From positions 1 through 26,819 of the IMG/VR virus record IMGVR_UViG_3300003375_000118: a stretch of DNA of 26,819 bases. One strand, written 5' to 3'. The position numbers and the translations under genes are program-made. The notes under the pieces were generated by a model. The model searched no databases and was not told where the DNA came from. It saw only the letters and a program-made list of their open reading frames with translations. The stretch is from a virus. Its lineage: Duplodnaviria; Caudoviricetes. Every line of letters starts with the position of its first letter. Position 1 is the stretch's first letter. Of the stretch, positions 1 through 7,115 are shown piece by piece.

Positions 1-101
1 TGATTTAGTGTTGTTGATGATGGGTATTGATATATCAGATGTGTTACTAGCTACGATAGATGATATTTGTGAATGTAGGGATGGGTTAGTGGTTTTAATT
101 T
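1..101. repeat. Inverted repeat, left copy (perfect reverse complement of 24690-24790)
   Basis: Base-by-base comparison: 1-101 matches the reverse complement of 24690-24790 and diverges at 102 vs 24689. Confidence 0.97.
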
Positions 102-837
102 CGTGAATAGCATTAACGAGGTCTGATGTGGCAACTTTATACTGTGATTCTACCCATCCTGCTGCATGAATGGCTTCTGGTATTAATGCTTTAATTGTAT
201 GTATGACCCACGTGAAAGGCAATGCCAATACTTGAACAATACTATTATATGGAGGAGGGCAAGCTGCTGCAACTATTCTTAATAGAATTACACCAACAAA
301 GACATATACTGATAACCATATGTATTTAGTTAAATTACTCCATTTTTGTGCCAAACTACTATTCTTACCAAATATTTCATTAGCTGTCTTTTCTGTATTT
401 GATAATTTAGATGACAATTCTTCATTACGTTTTTGTAATTCTATAACTTTTGCATCCATCTTAGATAGTTCTTCATTACCACGTTTTATTATTAATTCAT
501 TGGTTGATAGTAAATCACTGACCATTTTTTTATATACGTTGATATCTTCTATGGATGGTGGTGGTAATAATGCCAATGCTTTATAATTTAAATCTTTGGC
601 TAAGGTTGTGTATGAGTTAGTATATGGATTATTATCCAATGATAGTGTAGAAGCATATACATAACCACTTACTTGCTTGTTTATAGAGTTACTATTGAGA
701 ATCACTTTATCTTCTATAGAAGATAGTTTCTTTTCAATATTATTATAATCCTTCAGTGGATTATGAAACAATACACATCCATTCGTGATAGATATTAACA
801 TTACTGATAATAATAATTTACATATAACATTTTTCAT
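1..837 (-). CDS. Lipoprotein with coiled coil and C-terminal hydrophobic segments; candidate unimolecular spanin (3' end runs off the window)
   Basis: Not in the ORF track. ATG at 837, frame checked stop-free to base 1 (279 codons). N-terminus MKNVICKLLLSVMLISITNG-C is a signal peptide with a lipobox-like Cys. A heptad-like segment (ELSKMDAKVIELQKRNEELSSKLSN) is followed by TM-like YIWLSVYVFVGVILLRIVAAA. Confidence 0.7.
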   Translation of the reverse strand, partial: MKNVICKLLLSVMLISITNGCVLFHNPLKDYNNIEKKLSSIEDKVILNSNSINKQVSGYVYASTLSLDNNPYTNSYTTLAKDLNYKALALLPPPSIEDINVYKKMVSDLLSTNELIIKRGNEELSKMDAKVIELQKRNEELSSKLSNTEKTANEIFGKNSSLAQKWSNLTKYIWLSVYVFVGVILLRIVAAACPPPYNSIVQVLALPFTWVIHTIKALIPEAIHAAGWVESQYKVATSDLVNAIHEIKTTNPSLHSQISSIVASNTSDISIPIINNTKS

Positions 838-842
838 AATTT

Positions 843-1205
843 TTAAACTTTATTCGTTTTCTTTAACGTTTCTTTAAAATCACTAGGTTTTTCTACATTG
901 TGATTTTTCAATCCGAATTCAATTTCAATAGTTTTTAGCATGGCATTGAACTGTCTATGATTTACATTTAATTTTTTACTGATATCTCTCTGAGTATTAC
1001 TACAATCTAATATACGACCGACGTCAAATCCACTAGCATAGCATAGTAATGCAATTTTTAATCGTGGATTTCTATCTGTTAATAGGTAATAAAACAAAAA
1101 ATCCATTAATTTCGTTATGTTACAGTCTCTTATTACAGTTTGTTCTTCTTCGTTAAATACGAATGGAACGTATGTTTCTTTGTGTATAGGTTTATAATCA
1201 CTCAT
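843..1205 (-). CDS. Putative helix-turn-helix DNA-binding protein
   Basis: Likely start is M20 of the tracked ORF (MSDYKP), which overlaps the upstream stop (ATGAGTGA). HTH-like segment TQRDISKKLNVNHRQFNAMLKTI. Confidence 0.55.
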   Translation of the reverse strand: MSDYKPIHKETYVPFVFNEEEQTVIRDCNITKLMDFLFYYLLTDRNPRLKIALLCYASGFDVGRILDCSNTQRDISKKLNVNHRQFNAMLKTIEIEFGLKNHNVEKPSDFKETLKKTNKV

Positions 1206-1413
1206 GTTTTTTCTTTTTGTTTTTCTTTCCAAATATATCATCATAGTTACGTTGATATACATTTAAATTATCTCTTCTAGCACTGCCCTTACCATATCCC
1301 GTTCCACGTTTTAATTGATCCATACGTGTTATTTCTTTGATCTCACTATTATCGTGATGCACTATGGCTTCATGATGATATTTGGAGTGGGTTTTACGTT
1401 CTATATATGACAT
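1198..1413 (-). CDS. Small basic hypothetical phage protein
   Basis: 71 aa, tightly packed with its neighbours. The GKGSxxR...YxxNYDxIFGK motif resembles small phage proteins of unknown function. Confidence 0.65.
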   Translation of the reverse strand: MSYIERKTHSKYHHEAIVHHDNSEIKEITRMDQLKRGTGYGKGSARRDNLNVYQRNYDDIFGKKNKKKKHE

Positions 1414-1417
1414 AATG

Positions 1418-1603
1418 TTATATCACATTAACAGTCTTAAAACATCCCGAACAAAAACATTTGACGGTTTTTTCATCGTACGTTACGATATAGGCATCAT
1501 TGATTGGTATATGACCACAGTGGGCACATTGAAGGTTCGATTTATAGACTTTGACTTTATCTACAGCTACCATTACATTGTTAGTTAATTTTATTTCATT
1601 CAT
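1418..1603 (-). CDS. Small zinc-finger-like protein
   Basis: 61 aa with CAHC...CSGC pairs; first gene of the leftward cluster. Confidence 0.6.
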   Translation of the reverse strand: MNEIKLTNNVMVAVDKVKVYKSNLQCAHCGHIPINDAYIVTYDEKTVKCFCSGCFKTVNVI

Positions 1604-1670
1604 ATATCTATAAATAGTATTTTAAATAATTAAAATACAATAATTATTTATTTACGTACTATTTATTGTT

Positions 1671-2456
1671 ATGAACGATACATCAGATAAATCTAATAGT
1701 AAGTATGTTGACCGTAAGAAGTTTAATGCTTTGGTTATTTCATATATTGAGAGTAGAGATGAAGCTATATACGAGGAATTACATCCTATACTTACAGTAT
1801 TTATAGAAATGTTAATGTGGAAAAAAATGGGCAGAGCTAATAATGACTCCAGAGACAGTCGTAAAGATTATAACTCCATAAAGCAAAACATGTTCTTACG
1901 TTTCTTTCAAACCTTAAGATTATATGATGAGAGTAAAGGTGATCCTTTTTCTTATTTCTATAAAGTCATGAACTGTAATCTTATATATGGCAGTATCAAT
2001 GAAGATGAATTAATCAAAAATAATACATTAGTATCGGAACTATCTAATAATGATGCTGAATACGTTGATGGTAATGTCAGAGATGTATTAGATATGTTTG
2101 GTCATGTTGATCCTGATATCTTCAAAGAAGATGAAGAAGAATATGATTTTAATACTTTATTTTCTGATCTACGTCAGTATTTAGTTGGTAGAATGGACAG
2201 TGAGTATCCTGTTCGTCGTAAGTTAATGCAGTTTATGATTGAGTGTATTGATGATCCCAACTTCAAAGATAATGTAAATAAGAATTTATATAGTACGTTT
2301 CATGGAGAAAAAGTAAGCTCAACACGAATGAACAAGAACATATTCTCTAAATTATATGCAAATAAATTGGGTAAAAGTAGTCAGAGTAAATACAATGCAC
2401 GATTTAATAATATTATGAACACGTATAGAGAGCAAAGAAATATTAAAGTTACTTAA
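1671..2456 (+). CDS. Phage sigma-factor-like protein (T4 gp55-like / sigma70 region 2)
   Basis: N-terminal YVDRKKFNALV and the region-2 motif LYDESKGDPFSYF resemble the gp55-type FDPEK..NPFAYF motif; 261 aa. Confidence 0.65.
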   Translation: MNDTSDKSNSKYVDRKKFNALVISYIESRDEAIYEELHPILTVFIEMLMWKKMGRANNDSRDSRKDYNSIKQNMFLRFFQTLRLYDESKGDPFSYFYKVMNCNLIYGSINEDELIKNNTLVSELSNNDAEYVDGNVRDVLDMFGHVDPDIFKEDEEEYDFNTLFSDLRQYLVGRMDSEYPVRRKLMQFMIECIDDPNFKDNVNKNLYSTFHGEKVSSTRMNKNIFSKLYANKLGKSSQSKYNARFNNIMNTYREQRNIKVT

Positions 2457-2670
2457 TAATTTCTTTTAACTCAGCTTCATATTTTTTTAAAAATGGTGTA
2501 ATATGTGACCATACCATGCCGAAATGCTTATTGAGATGATATACATGTGCTTCTAATTGTTCTTCATTATCGGATGTACATAGTTCATCAATGTATCCTT
2601 GCATGTCATTTTCAATACATTTCAATAACTTAGCTACCATTACCATTTCAATCTTTTCTTTTTTTGTCAT
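2449..2670 (-). CDS. Hypothetical protein
   Basis: 73 aa, last gene of the minus-strand operon, converges on the sigma gene. Confidence 0.55.
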   Translation of the reverse strand: MTKKEKIEMVMVAKLLKCIENDMQGYIDELCTSDNEEQLEAHVYHLNKHFGMVWSHITPFLKKYEAELKEIIK

Positions 2671-2887
2671 GTTGATGGGTTTGTAAATTTTTCCATTTAC
2701 GATACTGTACTCTCAAGGAGTAATATCCTACAATACATCCGAGAATGACAGATATAAAACCTATGATTGGAGTTAATACACCGATCCACGTCAATAACCC
2801 ACTTATAAATGCACAGTGTGTAATACCAACACTGAGTGGTGCATTATTAGTTATACTGTGAAATAGATTTGTCTCCTGATCGTCCAT
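2648..2887 (-). CDS. Putative holin
   Basis: 79 aa with a long hydrophobic stretch (AFISGLLTWIGVLTPIIGFISVILGCIVGYY) and a basic C-terminus; lies after the tail-fibre genes. Confidence 0.5.
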   Translation of the reverse strand: MDDQETNLFHSITNNAPLSVGITHCAFISGLLTWIGVLTPIIGFISVILGCIVGYYSLRVQYRKWKNLQTHQHDKKRKD

Positions 2888-2897
2888 AAAAATTAAG

Positions 2898-2925
2898 TTG
2901 ACTTTCTTAAATAATATGATATACT
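2898..2925 (+). promoter_or_regulatory. Sigma70-type promoter upstream of hairpin repeat A
   Basis: TTGACT (2898-2903), 16-nt spacer, TGn-TATACT (2920-2925). Confidence 0.6.
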
Positions 2926-2936
2926 ATGTATTAATA

Positions 2937-2972
2937 GTGGTGATATCGTTCTTACACGTTAATCTTTTCCAC
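2937..2972 (+). ncRNA. 36-nt hairpin repeat, copy A (candidate sRNA scaffold)
   Basis: GTGGTGATATCGTTCTTACACGTTAATCTTTTCCAC; aligns without gaps to copies B-D; GTGG/CCAC basal stem. Confidence 0.65.
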
Positions 2973-3121
2973 CTATATTTAGTCTTCATAATGGTGTTGA
3001 CGAGTTCCTCCGTGTTTTCGTCAACTTCCATATATTTATAATAGTTTTTGGTGTGACTATCCATTGTCAAACTATAGGTATCGTTATAATTTATTAAATT
3101 TGTAATATTTTTAATCATAAT

Positions 3122-3409
3122 TTAAAATAATAAGTTGGCCGTAATATAATTCTGAACATATGCATATATGTTTGTAACGACGGCATTTACATTGGCATCT
3201 GTAGCTTCTAATCCAAGTACGTCACTGATATGAATGAATTTAACTCTACTCATATCTTTATCTCCACTGATAGAAGAGAAGGGACATACGGATATATCAC
3301 AGCTTACCACACTCGTTGGTGATGGTGCTGATATGTGTATATCTAATATCCATATACCGTCATAGGTTATGGATGGAACTGTTATTGAGCCGGATGTAGG
3401 TGTAATCAT
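3122..3409 (-). CDS. Hypothetical protein, possibly tail-fibre associated
   Basis: 95 aa, directly downstream of the tail-fibre gene. Confidence 0.6.
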   Translation of the reverse strand: MITPTSGSITVPSITYDGIWILDIHISAPSPTSVVSCDISVCPFSSISGDKDMSRVKFIHISDVLGLEATDANVNAVVTNIYAYVQNYITANLLF

Positions 3410-3429
3410 ATATTTATTTTTATATTATA

Positions 3430-6207
3430 TTAGAAAGAGACTATATGTAATGATGCCGTACTAAAGTTTGCTAGTGCTGTATTACCGTTGTTACTAACAC
3501 TCATGGAGAAGCTAGATGCAAGGGTATTGTAGATGGATGCTATGCTACCCGTAAGTATAGCACCACTACCACTGTACCCACTAAACGTTACACTGTAAGG
3601 TGGTGTTAGTGCCCTAGACATGGTTACATAGTATGATCCCACGGCAGATTTACTTATGCTAGTGATATTGTAGGATTGTGATAGCATTGGAGATCCATCC
3701 CATGCTACGGCCCATGCACCGAATTGTTGTTTATTGGGAATGACGGATGCCGTTGCTGCAAAGCTAGATGATATAGAATTTAAATTGTACGAGGATGTTA
3801 CACTGTTAACACTCCACGATGATGTACCGTATACACTACCCGTCAAACTACCACTGAAACTTGATGTATACGATGAGGGTAATATTGTTGGTGCATAGCT
3901 TGCACTGAGTATATAGGATGATGTAGTAGCATATGATGCACTACCAAGTACACTACCTGTTAGACTGCCACTAAATGAAGCAGTAATGGTTGATGGTAAC
4001 ACATAAGTATTAGGAGCATAACTTGCCGTTAACGAATAACTAGAGGATAAACTATTATTTGCCCAACTAGAAGTTCCTAAGAAACCAATACCTGTTGCAC
4101 TTGCAGTATAATTACTTGCACTAACGTTACCAATAACTTGTAAAGAACTATTAGGGGTATTAGTTCCTATACCTACCTTACTACTACTAATAGCAACGTT
4201 AACACTTGTCGTACCTGTAGATTGAATACCATTGATCCATAGTACATTCCCTATATTAGCTTGAGCCGTGGCACTGTTACCTGTAGCTCTACCAATTGTA
4301 ATACTATTTGCAAACCCTTTAGGAGCAGAGTAATCACCAATGGCTATACTACTGTTACCATTTGGGGTATTGTTAGCTCCATTGTTCACAGTATCAAGAT
4401 ATCCAGCTTGTTTACCGATGAATATACTATTACATGCACTTTGTGCTCCATAACCAGCTTGATAACCGAAGAAGTTACTATAATGTGTCGTTGTACTTGT
4501 ACCAGCACTAGAAGGTGTGGCACCAGCTTGATATCCAATGAAATTACTATTAGCAGAATAGTTATAGTTGGCACTCTGTAGTGCTGCACCTGCTTGATAT
4601 CCAAAAAAGTTTGAACCCGTATATGTGTTAGTTCCTGCTAAACTATAGTTAACTTGTGAACATGCTTGATAACCAAACATATTACAGTTAGTAACTTGTG
4701 CTGCTGAGAATACGTTACCACCACCAAATGTTCCTGCTCCTGTACCTACAATATTAGCATTAGCTCCAATGAAATTAGAACTATTAATTAATTGTCCTTG
4801 TAGAAATATATTACCATTAATATCTACCCACCATTTATCCACGGCTGTATTCTTAATATGAAATGGATATGTACCTACATTACCATTGTGGCCTTGATTG
4901 TCAAAATAAAATCCATTGTTACTTATGGCTTTTGTATTTGTATCAGTTGCAGCAATCGTGGTATAGAATTGATGTGCTTGGCTACCCTTGGCAAACCATT
5001 TAAAATTACCTTGAAAGTCACTCATTATGCCACCCATTACTTGATCGGTATTATTAGTAAATGTTAAATGAGATTGTAAACTACCATTGGTATTTTTAAG
5101 TACTATTCCAGCTATACTACTCGTAGCTAAATTACTGTTACTATTATTAATTGTAATACGTAAGCCACCGAGTGATGCACTACTTAATGTATCTACGATG
5201 TAACTACTTGTGATTATCTGATTAATGCCTAATGTACTACCACTGTAATAAATGTTAGATGATGTTATTGTTGTACTACCATTCCATAGTGGTATATAAT
5301 TAGTAGTTCCACCTGTAACACCATTGCTTCCTAGAGCATATGATGCTGAAATTGAATATGATGAACTTACTGTATTATTAGCCCAGCTAGATGTAATTGG
5401 ATATGTTGATCCCGTTGTTAAGGATGTTCCTCCACTTCCTCCATTACTTGCATATGAAGCAGTTAAAGCATAACTACTAGTAACAGCAGATCCCAATAAT
5501 AACGAAGCCGTCAAAGCATTAGTAGACCAACTGCTCGTTCCAACCAGACTGCCAGAAAAAGATGCTGTTATAGAGCTAGGAATTATTGTTGGAGCATATG
5601 ATGAACTTAGTGAATACGATGAACTTGTGACTGTTCCAAAAACATTGCTACTTGTTATATACGATGCTGTTAAACTGTTAGATGACCAAGAGGCTGTTCC
5701 AATCAACACACCCGTTAAAGATCCACTGAATGATGCCGTAATACTACTTGGTAGTATATATGAACTTGGAGCATAACTTGCCGATATTACTTTATTTGCC
5801 CAACTACTTGTAATTGAATATGTTGCACCGATTGTTAATCCACCACCAATAACATAAGATGATGTATTAGCATATGCACTACTAACGGCAAAACTCATCG
5901 TAAGTAATGTATTAACAGGTACACTACCCGTTATAATAGAACTTGCATTGATACTACCACCATTTAATTCAGGTACAATGATATAAAACTCATTATTAAC
6001 ATATTGTCCTATTGCTCTCACCAAATAACTGTTTGGAACTAACGATAAAGTATTCGTTGGATTTTGAGTGGTCAATAGAAAGTTAATGGTATCACCAACA
6101 ATGATACTTCCACTGTATACAATGGGAGAATTCATTGGAGTTACAAATACTTTACTATAGAAGTTATTTGATAAACAATTGACCAAGGAAAATGTTACAT
6201 TTGTCAT
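3430..6207 (-). CDS. Tail fibre / receptor-binding protein
   Basis: 925 aa, Ser/Thr/Gly-rich. Repeated SSSYALTASYA and SASYAP..LPS.ITASFSGSLTG units, tandem NFFGYQAG beta-repeat units, and a VGIGTNTPNSSLQV fibre motif. Confidence 0.8.
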   Translation of the reverse strand: MTNVTFSLVNCLSNNFYSKVFVTPMNSPIVYSGSIIVGDTINFLLTTQNPTNTLSLVPNSYLVRAIGQYVNNEFYIIVPELNGGSINASSIITGSVPVNTLLTMSFAVSSAYANTSSYVIGGGLTIGATYSITSSWANKVISASYAPSSYILPSSITASFSGSLTGVLIGTASWSSNSLTASYITSSNVFGTVTSSSYSLSSSYAPTIIPSSITASFSGSLVGTSSWSTNALTASLLLGSAVTSSYALTASYASNGGSGGTSLTTGSTYPITSSWANNTVSSSYSISASYALGSNGVTGGTTNYIPLWNGSTTITSSNIYYSGSTLGINQIITSSYIVDTLSSASLGGLRITINNSNSNLATSSIAGIVLKNTNGSLQSHLTFTNNTDQVMGGIMSDFQGNFKWFAKGSQAHQFYTTIAATDTNTKAISNNGFYFDNQGHNGNVGTYPFHIKNTAVDKWWVDINGNIFLQGQLINSSNFIGANANIVGTGAGTFGGGNVFSAAQVTNCNMFGYQACSQVNYSLAGTNTYTGSNFFGYQAGAALQSANYNYSANSNFIGYQAGATPSSAGTSTTTHYSNFFGYQAGYGAQSACNSIFIGKQAGYLDTVNNGANNTPNGNSSIAIGDYSAPKGFANSITIGRATGNSATAQANIGNVLWINGIQSTGTTSVNVAISSSKVGIGTNTPNSSLQVIGNVSASNYTASATGIGFLGTSSWANNSLSSSYSLTASYAPNTYVLPSTITASFSGSLTGSVLGSASYATTSSYILSASYAPTILPSSYTSSFSGSLTGSVYGTSSWSVNSVTSSYNLNSISSSFAATASVIPNKQQFGAWAVAWDGSPMLSQSYNITSISKSAVGSYYVTMSRALTPPYSVTFSGYSGSGAILTGSIASIYNTLASSFSMSVSNNGNTALANFSTASLHIVSF

Positions 6208-6227
6208 ATTTAAAATTGTTATATAAA

Positions 6228-6521
6228 TTAATAAATTGATCCAGTAGTAGGTATTACTAAAGCACTGGCACTATATGCTGCACTACCCGTTGGAACAGCT
6301 ATGAAGAACTCAGTTTTACTTAAATTAGCCAGTATTCCAACTAAATATGTATTTGCCGTTAACGATAACGATATGTTACCACCATTAGTGATTGGATTAG
6401 TCACACTATCACCGACATATATAACGTTATTACCACTTGTAATACTTATGGGAGTAACCGTCAAGTTACCATTATAAGCTTGCCCCGTGCTATCTGAGAA
6501 ATTGAAATTGACTATAGCCAT
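6228..6521 (-). CDS. Small virion protein resembling the N-terminal domain of the tail fibre
   Basis: 97 aa; shares VTP....G..I.VGD, L.L..N.YLV and EF.I.VP...AS with residues 1-95 of the 925-aa ORF. Confidence 0.7.
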   Translation of the reverse strand: MAIVNFNFSDSTGQAYNGNLTVTPISITSGNNVIYVGDSVTNPITNGGNISLSLTANTYLVGILANLSKTEFFIAVPTGSAAYSASALVIPTTGSIY

Positions 6522-6536
6522 GTTTTTAAATTATTA

Positions 6537-6565
6537 TTGACTTATCTATTTTCCTATGATATAGT
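6537..6565 (+). promoter_or_regulatory. Sigma70-type promoter upstream of hairpin repeat B
   Basis: TTGACT (6537-6542), 17-nt spacer, TGn-TATAGT (6560-6565). Confidence 0.6.
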
Positions 6566-6572
6566 ATTACCC

Positions 6573-6608
6573 GTGATGATAACGTTTATATACGTTTATC
6601 AAAATCAC
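6573..6608 (+). ncRNA. 36-nt hairpin repeat, copy B
   Basis: GTGATGATAACGTTTATATACGTTTATCAAAATCAC; GTGA/TCAC basal stem, GATAACGT/ACGTTTATC upper stem. Confidence 0.7.
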
Positions 6609-6631
6609 ACTGTTGCCATATAATATACAAA

Positions 6632-6641
6632 ATGGTGTCTA
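6632..6641 (-). promoter_or_regulatory. TAGACACYA motif (candidate late promoter)
   Basis: TAGACACCAT on the minus strand, immediately after a terminator. Confidence 0.6.
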
Positions 6642-6647
6642 ATTAAT

Positions 6648-6684
6648 AAAAAAGTGGGTATAACTTTTAAATTATACCCACTTT
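6648..6684 (-). terminator. Rho-independent terminator (possibly bidirectional)
   Basis: AAAGTGGGTATAA / TTATACCCACTTT stem with a U-tract on the minus strand. Confidence 0.75.
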
Positions 6685-6847
6685 AAACAAAAATAAATGA
6701 GTGAATAACTCTCATTTATGGTGTGGTGTACTACTCCACAAACAAACTGACCGTAAGAATAGTGTGAATCAATATGAGGATATGAGGAACACTATTAATA
6801 ATAAATAGTAATAAGGTTTATATAAATACATATTTATTTAATATATT

Positions 6848-7084
6848 TTACCAATAACTTTTAGGACATTTTTCCTTACTTAGTGTAGTTTTGGCAGCTA
6901 TTAGGCATCCACATTCCTTACAGAAATGGTTGGAATGATATTCACAAGCCTTACATATCTTACGTCTGTGAATAACAATATCATGATTAGCCTGATCAAT
7001 ATGTAATGCAGCTTTTGTTAAACCTACTGCACCATGTATTATTGTTTCCGTTAATCCCTTATCTTTATTACAATTACATCCCAT
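6848..7084 (-). CDS. Small Cys-rich protein (DUF6171-like)
   Basis: RRKICKACEY...CKECGCLIAAKT.L..E.CP..YW pattern. Confidence 0.7.
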   Translation of the reverse strand: MGCNCNKDKGLTETIIHGAVGLTKAALHIDQANHDIVIHRRKICKACEYHSNHFCKECGCLIAAKTTLSKEKCPKSYW

Positions 7085-7115
7085 ATGTTAATTTAATTTA
7101 TATGATAACCATGAC

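Noticed and set aside
320-586. 88-aa plus-strand ORF
   Set aside because: Antisense shadow of the lipoprotein gene 1-837.
1382-1588. 68-aa plus-strand ORF
   Set aside because: Antisense to two better-supported minus-strand genes.
2924-3118. 64-aa minus-strand ORF as a confident CDS
   Set aside because: No recognisable motif, and it overlaps repeat A and several hairpins; left uncalled but not excluded.
6573-6579. Box C (RUGAUGA) in repeat B and CUGA after repeat C, suggesting C/D-box RNAs
   Set aside because: Only B has an exact box C, and the CUGA is part of the target match and is not found at the same place in other copies.
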